Below are positions 10,001 to 19,425 of a stretch of 64,000 nucleotides of DNA, in pieces. Within the stretch, counting starts at the first letter, position 1. Every line of letters starts with the position of its first letter. The notes beneath the pieces were generated by a model. The model was not told where the DNA came from. It saw nothing but the letters and a program-made list of their open reading frames with translations, and did no database searches. Both the position numbers and the translations under genes were made by a program. This DNA comes from a virus: the IMG/VR virus record IMGVR_UViG_3300009124_000009, positions 7,014 to 71,013 of that record. The stretch is one strand, 5' to 3'.

Positions 10001-13000
10001 AAGTTTTGGTGTAATATATTGAGTAAACTTATTACTATCGAAGAACATATAAAATCTAGTTCTTGGTTTCAGACGAGAAACATCCATTTGAATATTTCTA
10101 GAACGAATCCAGGGCACAGCGGTGCTAGAAAGAACAGTATCCCCTAAAGATTGTCTATCCAGTCTTGGTACGACACGGGTTCTAGTACCAGTTCTAGTTT
10201 GACGCTCTGTAGTACGAATGGTACGACGTTCGTTGATACGACGAAGACCTTTACCACCCCAAACCCATGGACGTGGAGAACGACCACGGTCTTCTGCCAA
10301 CCATCCAGAGTTACGGAATCTCTCAGTCCTCAAAACTTCACCATCACCAACCCAAGAAGTTCTCCAAGAGTTCCACTGAATAGGTAGGAAACCGTTTTGG
10401 TCGGTATTCATTTCACGTCGAGTTGCCTCAAAGTTACCCTCAATAGTGGTAACGTTTGCAGGTTCTCTTCTAGTTTCTACCCAGTCATCTGTTGCAGGAG
10501 TCAAGTCAATACGACCAATATAGGTGAAAACGTTGAATGGGTTTACGTTTACGACTCTGGATGCATATGGTTGCTTGATAATCTCTTCTTCTTGGAATGG
10601 AAGAGTTACAATTTGACCAGTACGTTGGATATCGTTAGATGCAGGTTCGTTGATTCTTAGACCAATATTAGTTGTGTAATGAGCAGCACGCATTGTACCT
10701 GCTGCAAAGTCTAGAGAAGCACGATAATCTGGGTGAGAGGTGTCGGACTTATCGTGAGAAGTAAAGTCATCAACAACAAAACCATTCTTGAGGCGATCTT
10801 TACCAGATGCATCGAGAATCTTAGTATTTGCAGTCTCACCTTCAAGCAGAGATAGTGCTGTATAGTACTCAACACTGCTGAGACGACGATCGATACTACC
10901 AATATCTCTCATTGTATAGCGACGATTGTCTTCCATAGTCTTGAAGATATCTGCTTCTGGATCGAAACCATATGGTTTCAAAATCATCGTTGCCAGAAGC
11001 ATTGCATTCTTGATACCATCAGGTTCTTGAGGAACTTCCTCGGACTTACCTTCTACAACTTGGAATACACCATCAGAGGACAAGAAGATCTTGTCGATTC
11101 TTGGCATGTAGAAATCAAAGTCACAACGGAAATCTGAACCAATCTTAGGAATATCAAAAATCGTTGCTCCAGTAGAAAATACTCTAGACTTGAAATCTAG
11201 TGTCGAGCAGTTCACATAAGAAGGAGATAGAACCGTTCCTGTTCCTGTATACAGATTCTTAGCAGAAGGACGGAAATCCAGAACATCAGTTAGAGATTGT
11301 TCCTGGTTATAGAATGGAATGTTGTAATAATCTACACCAGAATAGGACTGACCAGCAAAGTAATCGCCAGTTGACTGATGGACCAACCAGTCAAATACTA
11401 CCAAAAGTTTTCTGATTGGAGCAGCTCTGCCAGACTTTCTAACAAGTTTGGATGTGTTATAGAAGAAACCAGTTTGATTCAGTTCTAGGAAATAATCATC
11501 GGTAACAACTTTAGAACCTGCAGTAATTGCATTAGCATCATCATTGATTAGACCCTGCAGTGGTTCATTGCTTGCATTGAAACCATCAATGATTTCACCA
11601 GGGATAAATAGTCCACTAATAGCAACATAATACAGTTTTAGTGTTCCAGTGTTGAAGGAAACAACTTTTGCTTTAGCACCAGAGGTTTTACCAGTGATAA
11701 CCGTTCCAGGTTCAAAGAAAGTTGGTTCAGCAATGGTCAGAGATGGAACTACTGGATCATTTTCATCCAGAGACTCATATACAGCATGTAATTGGAAAGC
11801 ATCCGAAACACCTAGAGAAATGTCGGTGTCTTGAATACGAGTTCCATATAGGTTTGAATACTGGAGACCGTAAAGAGGAACGTCTTTGTCCTCAACAGTT
11901 TTGACAACCTTAGAAATAAACATTTTACTAAGAGTCTTCAGTTTCTTACTGACGACATTCCTAGACAAAGTTGTTGTTAGTTTTACTGAAGTAATATTTG
12001 TAAGGTTATTGACCTGAATAGTAGTTCTATCATTATCAGTAAAATATGCATAACCAAGTTCTGCAGCATCTGAAGCATCTGTCTTCAATTCAATCTGACT
12101 ACCAACAGCGTATGTACCATTGGTAGATGCCAGAACAGTCAATTGGAAAGCATCTCTACTGATTGCAGAGAACTGTTCGTTCTCACCTAGGTCAACGGTG
12201 AAAGAACCTGCAGGAACCGAGATAGAATCGTAAGTTCTTCTTACTGTCATCGATTCGTCAGAAATACTCTTGATGTATTTCTTAGGCATATTGCTGAACA
12301 AGTCATTATTCTCTTGACCTGCCAACTGTGCTCTAACACTAACAACAGTGGTGAAGTCACCACTAGAGATACTACCAGCACCAGTAACAACTTTTACAAC
12401 TTGAGTTGTGTAATTGAAAATAGTTCCCAAACCAGTTGTAGCAAGATCTGTTGGATCAACATTCTGTACTACGAGATAGTCGTTAGCATTGACAAAAAGT
12501 TGATCGCCAGGTCTTAGATCTTTTGCGAAGTTAGAATTGAAACCTGTAAGAGTTCCTGCAACAGAATCATAGGTAAATGTATCGCCATCAATCGTCAGGA
12601 AGTCATCTAGAATGAGGTTACCAGTAAACTCGATATTTGTAGTTGATTCATCTTTAGAAGCAAAGGATCTTGCATCAGAGAATTCGTAGGAGAATACATG
12701 TTCAATGTCACCCTGAGAAACACCATCAACAAAAAGTGTGTCACCAGTCTTGAAATTACCCTTTACCTGATACACTACAATATTAGTAGCAGAAGATTGC
12801 GAACTTACAATCAGAGCAGTTGCTCCAGACGATGCAGTAACTTGAGAACCCTGTAGAATTGTAGCAGCAGTGTCTAGTTCTAAGACAGTCAACATCTGAA
12901 TATCAAAGATATTCATATCATAGAAATCGTCTGTCGTACCAAAATTGGTATCTGCGCCAGTACCTACATGCTCAATAGCAAGTGCTCTAGCATAACCAAT

Positions 13001-14326
13001 TAGATTACCGTTAGTAGCATTATATGGAGATGCAGTAGCAGTGTCATACAGTTCAACTACTTGGTATGCATTAGCAACACTAGAAGAACCAGAGATATTT
13101 GGGAAACCATAAACATTGGTCAGGCGAACTCTGTTACCAACGTTGAATGGAATAATTTGATTTTCAAATGCTTTGGTATCTCTTGGTTTGTTGAAATCAA
13201 TAAACTGGTTTTGTAGAGTTTCAATCTGATAACCATTTACATATGCAATACCAGCACTAATTTCTGCCGTGTATAGATCATCACTAGCAACATTACCAGA
13301 TGCAGTAATAGCACCCGCTTCATAAACACCGTTGATACCATTTTTCAGGTCATCATTTAGGCAGTCTCTAATTGTAATCTGATAGTTTGAGATTGCATAG
13401 TTGCCATTAGTCTCAAAAGTTCTAAGAGCAAGTGCCTTCTCTAGTTCGTTGTATGCAGTCCTGGTTACAAACTTCTCAATACGAGAATTGTTGATTCTCA
13501 GAAGTTCAATGAAGTTTTTATCAGAATCGTCATCAATTGTTTTCTTGACTAGACGAGTGCTAATTTTGAAACGATGGGCACCAGGTGCAGAATAGTTCGA
13601 TGTGCCTGCTGCGTTATCGTTCAGGGAGTCGTCATCCTCAGAGGTAATAATCGACTCGGTAACTTCTAGACCAACTCTATAAGAAGGGTTGCTACCATAC
13701 TGATCCAGAAGAATGTATTGAGATGGTACGTCTACAAAATGCCCTCTGATGTAGTAAACACCCTCTTCAACATAAGCAGAAGAACCTCTACCGATAGCAG
13801 CAGATGGTAGAAGTTGTGCAAATGCAGAACCTGCTTCAATCAGAGTAGTGCCAAAAGTGATGTCAACATCAGTTTGCAACTGTTCGTTATTTTCAAATAC
13901 TTCGATCGTTGCTTCTGCACCACCACTTTCAACATACTTGATATACAGAGTCGCATACCCTTTGTCGGACTCTGCAGCAGAAATGCTATACAGAACTTTT
14001 GCCTTTACCCCAGTATTCAGACCCGTAATCAGTTTGCCTGTAAGTTGATTTCTATAAGACTCAACATCAGCACCCAAGAAACTTGCTTGAAGTTGAATAC
14101 AATCAACTTTAGTGTCATAACCCACCTGACCAGGGATGACCATCGCACCCTCTTTGAAGAAGTGCGTTCCCATGCTTTCGACCTGATTCTGAAGAATCGA
14201 TTGCAACGTTGTAAGTTCCCTCGCTTGCACAGGGAATCCTGGTCGGAACAGAACCTTATAAAAGTTCTTATCCTTATCAAAGTCGTCGTAATAAGGCGTT
14301 ACGTTGAGGTTAGTATTCTGGGGCAT
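7001..14326 (-). CDS. Large virion structural protein, VrlC-like / DUF4815-type (2441 aa)
   Basis: N-terminus MPQNTNLNVTPYYDDFDKDKNFYKVLFRPGFPVQARELTTLQSILQNQ and internal DPLAQSF, GVLFKSQNASTWTADQYEDLKF motifs, characteristic of this cyanomyovirus protein found after gp8. Confidence 0.85.
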   Translation of the reverse strand: MPQNTNLNVTPYYDDFDKDKNFYKVLFRPGFPVQARELTTLQSILQNQVESMGTHFFKEGAMVIPGQVGYDTKVDCIQLQASFLGADVESYRNQLTGKLITGLNTGVKAKVLYSISAAESDKGYATLYIKYVESGGAEATIEVFENNEQLQTDVDITFGTTLIEAGSAFAQLLPSAAIGRGSSAYVEEGVYYIRGHFVDVPSQYILLDQYGSNPSYRVGLEVTESIITSEDDDSLNDNAAGTSNYSAPGAHRFKISTRLVKKTIDDDSDKNFIELLRINNSRIEKFVTRTAYNELEKALALRTFETNGNYAISNYQITIRDCLNDDLKNGINGVYEAGAITASGNVASDDLYTAEISAGIAYVNGYQIETLQNQFIDFNKPRDTKAFENQIIPFNVGNRVRLTNVYGFPNISGSSSVANAYQVVELYDTATASPYNATNGNLIGYARALAIEHVGTGADTNFGTTDDFYDMNIFDIQMLTVLELDTAATILQGSQVTASSGATALIVSSQSSATNIVVYQVKGNFKTGDTLFVDGVSQGDIEHVFSYEFSDARSFASKDESTTNIEFTGNLILDDFLTIDGDTFTYDSVAGTLTGFNSNFAKDLRPGDQLFVNANDYLVVQNVDPTDLATTGLGTIFNYTTQVVKVVTGAGSISSGDFTTVVSVRAQLAGQENNDLFSNMPKKYIKSISDESMTVRRTYDSISVPAGSFTVDLGENEQFSAISRDAFQLTVLASTNGTYAVGSQIELKTDASDAAELGYAYFTDNDRTTIQVNNLTNITSVKLTTTLSRNVVSKKLKTLSKMFISKVVKTVEDKDVPLYGLQYSNLYGTRIQDTDISLGVSDAFQLHAVYESLDENDPVVPSLTIAEPTFFEPGTVITGKTSGAKAKVVSFNTGTLKLYYVAISGLFIPGEIIDGFNASNEPLQGLINDDANAITAGSKVVTDDYFLELNQTGFFYNTSKLVRKSGRAAPIRKLLVVFDWLVHQSTGDYFAGQSYSGVDYYNIPFYNQEQSLTDVLDFRPSAKNLYTGTGTVLSPSYVNCSTLDFKSRVFSTGATIFDIPKIGSDFRCDFDFYMPRIDKIFLSSDGVFQVVEGKSEEVPQEPDGIKNAMLLATMILKPYGFDPEADIFKTMEDNRRYTMRDIGSIDRRLSSVEYYTALSLLEGETANTKILDASGKDRLKNGFVVDDFTSHDKSDTSHPDYRASLDFAAGTMRAAHYTTNIGLRINEPASNDIQRTGQIVTLPFQEEEIIKQPYASRVVNVNPFNVFTYIGRIDLTPATDDWVETRREPANVTTIEGNFEATRREMNTDQNGFLPIQWNSWRTSWVGDGEVLRTERFRNSGWLAEDRGRSPRPWVWGGKGLRRINERRTIRTTERQTRTGTRTRVVPRLDRQSLGDTVLSSTAVPWIRSRNIQMDVSRLKPRTRFYMFFDSNKFTQYITPKLIELVKDSTLDSRSNGIPFDIGETVVGQTSGCKLKVAAPNDGYEFNPYNDTELSESYSASTAFLNIDVEQMAVQVTGDYYGNIQVGEVLIGESGARAVVKDRRLIADRYGNLKAAMFIPDPNVDTNPRWGTGRRTVRLTTSETDSRIAGQVSSSAETTYTATGVLNVVQENILAVRNAEVVRDTVTDERTIQSTREEVRQIGWYDPLAQSFIIDKPGGCFITSFDVFFYTKDTRVPISCQIRTMENGYPTKKILPFSDVTLNPTQVQISDNAAIPTRFTFQAPIFLPQSVEHCFVLLSDSNEYQVWVSRMGEVDVTGNRTISEQPYAGVLFKSQNASTWTADQYEDLKFTAYLAKFDITKNSRAVFNNAELGYGNKGILNLGNNPIQTIKPDQKLVLTQSGTIPFTPGARIASISGGDTYLGFGTVKTSELLGGNTVVTVTDVTGVFALNQAITSSKSLATITVVDTGGGAYSGGDFTVGNYIKTSNNATAEIQSWDSGTDTLVVKYVHANAAADMFESGETINEKTAIEQQANVRSAEIDTITFSGDMSNASAFVFATIGQEVTYETSQRKVVINHSNHCMHDSRNNVQIRGVRSEVNDTTLSNSIGTTDTTIVVADASEFHTVVNGYDVSAQNPGYIKIIAEKVGPDQDVNALPVPVPGVFSPEEIISYSAIDTTTNTITVLARAQDNTTASSFSEGAIVQCYNLDGIPLTSINKVHNTIESPTLDSYTLSTGFVATNGITGGGYDVTASQNIQFDLIAPSFAKVVLPQTDIGARVQVISGTSIGDGNTSSLDQESFVNDGSYIPIVLDQNNYFDSPKMVASALNESEELSGNKSLRMELTMKSDKEYLTPYIDLDRTSIITTMNRINDPSDSNVATRFVGDTHDAAYITKIASLSNKSGAIKLVFTAFRPEDTNIRALYRVRPVGSTESLEEVDFTFFPEDDTSSIPGTTRNEQFLEYSYEISGLKFDQYQIKIIMSSPNQSRVPVLQDFRAIALAI

Positions 14327-14330
14327 CTCT

Positions 14331-15863
14331 TTAGAATTCGATTACGATTTTGATATCTTCGATTTGGTCGCTTGCACGACTAATGGACCTTCTATTATCT
14401 AGGTAAATAATTTCACCTGTGTTGAACGATACTTCTGGTTTTGCATAACCAGAGGTAAATCTCATACCTAGGTCATATTCAGTTCCGTTGATAACACGAG
14501 AAGATGTGTTGGGGACGGAAGGGAAGTTGATGTCAGGTTCTGCAGATGAACCAGACGATGCGCCCTGAATGGGGTTAGATCCATCAAACTCATTCAGAGA
14601 ACCTGTAATTTCTGGGAAGATGCCATCAACTCTGTTTTGATAATACTTCAGAACTTTTGTTGTAGCATTCCAAGAAATAACTCTTGCACGAGATGTAACC
14701 GATGCACCACCAACAATACGAGTTTGGGTGATGATTTCGTCGGGCAGGAAGTTGCCCTGGAAATTGGGGGAGAAGATGACCGCTCTAGTAGTAGATGAAG
14801 TCAGTTCAGAAAGAAGTTCGGTTGTACCAAACTTCAATGGGTTGACAACTAGTCCAACACGACGATAGTCGTTATCAACAGGGAAGTCGCCAGCACCTTC
14901 ATCGTAAGATAGTTTTGCGTTGATCATGACTCGGAAAGCACCAAGTTCAATAACTGACTCAAAACCATGACCACCTGGAGGTGGAATAATAACGTCAATC
15001 TGTGCAGCAGAACCTGTACCAATACCAGCAATTGCGTCAACGCTGATCTTACCAAAAGAGTAACCAGTACCACCAGAGGTTACTGTTGCCGAGATAATTC
15101 TACCACCGTCAACGACGATAGAAACACGACCACCAACACCGTCACCTGCAATAGCAACGTTGTCATATGTACCATTGTTATAACCAGAACCTGCTGAAGT
15201 AATAACAACAGTATCAATTTCACCAATAACAGCATTTGTCTTCACCGATTCATTTGTGAAAACAGGCATGTAATCGTTGGAGAAAAACTTTAGAACCTGT
15301 GCCACGGGGATGGTGTACATGTACTTCCAACGATAACCATCAGCAGTAGTGATAATAGAAGTAGAGGTGCCAGTGGGCTCGATCGTAGAAGGTTTTCCGT
15401 TAGGGTCCGAAGGCGACGTGCCATTGTAGATACACTTGTAAACTTGATAGTTACTGTTTACGACGTAATAGTCTGCATCGTACAATTTAGTAGCACCAGA
15501 TGCTGCTGTGTTAGTTGGAGAGTAGTCATGGCGATACATGTCATATGTAAAACCAAGACCACCAGTGGTCTGCTCAGGAGGAGTCCAGTCGATACGACGA
15601 ACAACTTGAATTGTATCAGATGCCAAGATTCTCTTCATAGAAATCATGTCATCAAACGAATCAGAAAACTGATCGAATGAATCGATTGCTTGAGGAGGTG
15701 AGTTTTCATTGTCCCAAGACTGGGGTCTGCCAATGAAAACATACAAACGATCCCTACTAGTACCAGCATCGGCATCAGACTGTGCCGAATCTGGTCCTTC
15801 AAGAGATTTGATGAACTTCTTCGCAGAGAAGATTCTAAATTGATCTGTGAGTAGGGCTGCCAT
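14331..15863 (-). CDS. gp8: Baseplate wedge subunit gp8
   Basis: Motifs LYVFIGRPQSW, VYKCIYNG, DGYRWKYMYTI and C-terminal GEIIYLDNRRSISRASDQIEDIKIVIEF are typical of T4-like gp8. Confidence 0.9.
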   Translation of the reverse strand: MAALLTDQFRIFSAKKFIKSLEGPDSAQSDADAGTSRDRLYVFIGRPQSWDNENSPPQAIDSFDQFSDSFDDMISMKRILASDTIQVVRRIDWTPPEQTTGGLGFTYDMYRHDYSPTNTAASGATKLYDADYYVVNSNYQVYKCIYNGTSPSDPNGKPSTIEPTGTSTSIITTADGYRWKYMYTIPVAQVLKFFSNDYMPVFTNESVKTNAVIGEIDTVVITSAGSGYNNGTYDNVAIAGDGVGGRVSIVVDGGRIISATVTSGGTGYSFGKISVDAIAGIGTGSAAQIDVIIPPPGGHGFESVIELGAFRVMINAKLSYDEGAGDFPVDNDYRRVGLVVNPLKFGTTELLSELTSSTTRAVIFSPNFQGNFLPDEIITQTRIVGGASVTSRARVISWNATTKVLKYYQNRVDGIFPEITGSLNEFDGSNPIQGASSGSSAEPDINFPSVPNTSSRVINGTEYDLGMRFTSGYAKPEVSFNTGEIIYLDNRRSISRASDQIEDIKIVIEF

Positions 15864-15886
15864 GTTTTAGATCTTTCTTCGTTACT

Positions 15887-15894
15887 TATTTATA
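15887..15894 (-). promoter_or_regulatory. T4 late promoter (exact TATAAATA)
   Basis: tatttata on +, 24 nt upstream of the gp8 ATG. Confidence 0.85.
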
Positions 15895-15897
15895 GTC

Positions 15898-18800
15898 TTA
15901 CGAGGAGAACTCGTTTCTGACCAGGGTTGAATAGACAATATCTTTGACTCTCCACCTAGCACCATTATTACCAATAACTTCTTCACCACCTAGAATTGCT
16001 TCTAAGACCATACCAGATCCTGTCGTATCGCCAGGATCATTCGTCACTGTGACAGTTGGATGCAATACAAACGCATTATCAATTGACTGAGTATAACCAT
16101 AACCCTCTGTAGTAATATTTACAGAATCAATCTGGTCACCACCAGCAGTCATGACTGCGGTAGCAGTAGCATCAAAACCAATTACACTAGATTCAATAGT
16201 GATTGTGGGTACTGCAGTGTAGTTATTACCTGGGTTCACAATCTTCATATCAATGATGCTAGAGTTCTTGGAGAATTTGTAGAACCTACCGTTGACACCA
16301 AGTGCAACGTTACCAGTATCATATGGAGTAATATTTTCGAGAACTAATTCTCTAGTAGCATTGTTCCACGAAACAACTGCTGCAGTGATACCAGACTGTT
16401 GTCCAGTGATAATTTCTCCTGGGAAGAAGTTTTGATTATTTGTATAACGAACATCGAGAATCAATGTTGCCGTTGCTGGATGATCAACACCTTCACTCAA
16501 AGCACCTGCAATATCGATGGTTGCAATTTTTGGAGGAAGACTTGCATCGTTGATGCTATCACCAAGTTGGAATAGAGTTGTGTTTTGTCCACCAACAGTT
16601 TCTTCAATACCATACAAAGAACTGTAGATACCACCATCTAGAGCAATCTGATTTTCAAATTGTGTTCCACTATTATCTAGATCTGGAATATCATTCTCAT
16701 CTGCATCGACATACTTAGTGTCTTGCAAAATAGTAGGAGGTAAGACTTTAGTGTTATAAACAGAGTCACCAACAAATAGAATGATTTGATCACCAGCAGA
16801 AGTTTCTGTGGTATGTGGTAGTTGTGCTGAAAGAGTAGATTCCGCAACACCACCATCAAAAGCAACTGTCTGTTCTTCAGATGATGGAATACCACCATCA
16901 ATGAATGCTAGATCGTCAACTTCAAATTTTACAAATAGTTCTCTACTTTCGGGTTTCCAATCATAAACAATAGCAATTTTGTTATCGGAGTTTTCAACTC
17001 TTCTAATGATTTTGTCGCCAACTTTGAAATTGTATGTTGAAATACCAGTGTCAGCATCATTTTGAGAAGTATCGAGAATTACACGTTGATCAAAACGGAA
17101 ATTCTGACCACGGAGAAGACCAGTAAATCTACCAAATTGTTTTCCAGTATATCTAACGATCTCATTACCAACCATTAGAGTACCAGAACCAGCAAATCCT
17201 TCAGTGCTGTCAACAAACATCTGATCATCATCAGGATCCATTGGAGCAGTCAAACCAGTCAATGTAAAATTGACAGAGTTGTATGATTGACGATTTCTAA
17301 CTTGCCTTTTTAGGGTTACTAGTTTCGTAAAGATAACATTTGGTTGTGATGTATATCCAGCACCAGCTTCAGTAATATTGATTCCTGTAACTCTACCCTG
17401 ACTAATTACCGCTTCTGCTTTAGCACCGAGACCGCCACCACCATCAATTAGAATAAATGGAGGTTCGTTATAGAATTGTCCACCATCATCAACAGATATA
17501 TTAGTAACTTTACCAGTTGTATCGATATATGCAACACCAGTTGCGCCAGATCCACCGCCACCCTGGAAAAATAGTGATGGAGGAGTAGCAAAATCGCGAC
17601 CTTCTTGAAGTAGTGACAAACCAGTTACAGTTTGAGTAACTGGTATACCAACTGCACCGCTTCCTTCACCGCCAAGAATTTCACATCTTGCATCTCCAAA
17701 ATATCCATCTCCATTTGATTTCATACTAATATATGAAATCTCACCACTACCATCATCCTTTAGAACTGCTTCCGCAAAAGCACCTCTAGGACTTTCTAGG
17801 TTTACTGATGGAATAGATTCACCAGGAAGTACTTCTCCGCCAAAGAAAGATCTACCAACAAAATATGGATAGACTGGATTACCCGTTGCATCAATAGTGG
17901 CAAAATATGCATAGGTTCCATTTGGATACTCTGGTGTTACACAATATCTTCCATTATATTCATCCAAATCACCAACTGTGGCATCAAAGATATTATCCTG
18001 AATAAATGTTCCAGATGGATAACCGTCAATAACTAAGCGTTCTGCCATATTTGCATGGTTATAACAGAAATAATACAGTGTAATTGGTGCTTCAATAGGA
18101 ACAGTAATTTCTACTCTTCTCTGGGTAGCACCATTGAATGCATCGATATATCCCTGATATGTAACTTCGCTGTTGTCTAAGAAATATCTAACACCATCTT
18201 GCCATACGACATTGTTATCAAATGGGGTTTGACCAGGCGAATGCCACCCCTGTGCAGTGCTACTTCCGATTTCCGAAAACAGTATTGCATGAGTCGTATT
18301 AGTAGCATCATCTTGACTGAAAACATATGTACTGCCACGCTCAAGATTTAGAAACTGCTTCTCAGCATTCGTGTATCCCCCACCAGTAATATAGTATCGA
18401 TTACCAGTTCCAGTTGTTTGTGCTGGAGCAACAGTAACAGTATAGGTAACTGTAGTTGGGGTGACTACTCTTGGACGAACAGCGTCAATCTCATCACCAG
18501 TTTTCAAACGATATGAAGACTCCATTCTGACTGGAGTCGATGGAATCAGTGGATCGTCATATCCATATGGACCGTAGATAGGATAACCATCATAAGAATA
18601 TCCTAAAACTTTTGAGTGACCATCAGGATGTCTAGCACGATCACCCTGGTAGTTACTATTTTTATAGTACTGTGCAATATTGAATGTACTACCAGTTGCA
18701 TCAAATGCTTCTCTTAGTTTGTATGAAGTATAAAAGTACTTACCTGCAAGTGTAGATTCCTCAGTTGCTGTTCCGCCGTATTGATCAAGACCTAACAATG

Positions 18801-19416
18801 ATGGTGTTTTTACAACATCATAGGTATAGTTTGTAATAGATCTGGATCTTGAGATATCTAAAAACCCACCAGAATGAATTTCTACGCCGTTCGCTGCAAT
18901 GCCAACTCTACTCTCATCGTAGATTTGCCTAGGTTGATTCGGTACTTCTTTACCACCACGATAAATGAAGGTGTGATTATATGCAACTGCATAGATTCCA
19001 TCAACATCATATGGTGCTGGATCGGGAAGATTATTGGTTCTTACATTTAGTCTGTCATACTCCGTAAACTGTCCTGTAGTTACAGATGTATTTGCAGATA
19101 CCCAGATAACGTTTGGATTGAATGTATTGACTCTAGTAACTGAGTCTTGTTTAGGTGTAATTACAACTCTTAGTGGGTCATAACCACTTCCTGCTTCAAG
19201 AACTCTGACATAAGTAATCTTACCAGCATCTCTATCGATAAAGGGATAAAGAACTGCCTCTTGCAAAGGAGTTCCGCAGTTATCAATTACAAGACGTGGG
19301 GGATCATCTGGGTCATACCCACTACCACCATCTTTTACCTCAACAAAAGCAACGCCGAAATCGTCGTTGAAATGAGGTTCAATTATTGCGCCAGATCCAG
19401 GAACTTCTCTTGCCAT
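15898..19416 (-). CDS. Virion structural protein (1172 aa) with a split YHYH-like domain, an inserted cupredoxin-like domain and GxGY beta repeats
   Basis: HSKVLGYSYDGYPIYGPYG and GDLDEYNGRYCVTPEYPNGTYAYFAT (YHYH family halves) flank LERGSTYVF..THAILFS..LYYFCYNHANM; located between gp9-like and gp8. Confidence 0.8.
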   Translation of the reverse strand: MAREVPGSGAIIEPHFNDDFGVAFVEVKDGGSGYDPDDPPRLVIDNCGTPLQEAVLYPFIDRDAGKITYVRVLEAGSGYDPLRVVITPKQDSVTRVNTFNPNVIWVSANTSVTTGQFTEYDRLNVRTNNLPDPAPYDVDGIYAVAYNHTFIYRGGKEVPNQPRQIYDESRVGIAANGVEIHSGGFLDISRSRSITNYTYDVVKTPSLLGLDQYGGTATEESTLAGKYFYTSYKLREAFDATGSTFNIAQYYKNSNYQGDRARHPDGHSKVLGYSYDGYPIYGPYGYDDPLIPSTPVRMESSYRLKTGDEIDAVRPRVVTPTTVTYTVTVAPAQTTGTGNRYYITGGGYTNAEKQFLNLERGSTYVFSQDDATNTTHAILFSEIGSSTAQGWHSPGQTPFDNNVVWQDGVRYFLDNSEVTYQGYIDAFNGATQRRVEITVPIEAPITLYYFCYNHANMAERLVIDGYPSGTFIQDNIFDATVGDLDEYNGRYCVTPEYPNGTYAYFATIDATGNPVYPYFVGRSFFGGEVLPGESIPSVNLESPRGAFAEAVLKDDGSGEISYISMKSNGDGYFGDARCEILGGEGSGAVGIPVTQTVTGLSLLQEGRDFATPPSLFFQGGGGSGATGVAYIDTTGKVTNISVDDGGQFYNEPPFILIDGGGGLGAKAEAVISQGRVTGINITEAGAGYTSQPNVIFTKLVTLKRQVRNRQSYNSVNFTLTGLTAPMDPDDDQMFVDSTEGFAGSGTLMVGNEIVRYTGKQFGRFTGLLRGQNFRFDQRVILDTSQNDADTGISTYNFKVGDKIIRRVENSDNKIAIVYDWKPESRELFVKFEVDDLAFIDGGIPSSEEQTVAFDGGVAESTLSAQLPHTTETSAGDQIILFVGDSVYNTKVLPPTILQDTKYVDADENDIPDLDNSGTQFENQIALDGGIYSSLYGIEETVGGQNTTLFQLGDSINDASLPPKIATIDIAGALSEGVDHPATATLILDVRYTNNQNFFPGEIITGQQSGITAAVVSWNNATRELVLENITPYDTGNVALGVNGRFYKFSKNSSIIDMKIVNPGNNYTAVPTITIESSVIGFDATATAVMTAGGDQIDSVNITTEGYGYTQSIDNAFVLHPTVTVTNDPGDTTGSGMVLEAILGGEEVIGNNGARWRVKDIVYSTLVRNEFSS

Positions 19417-19425
19417 ATCCCTTTA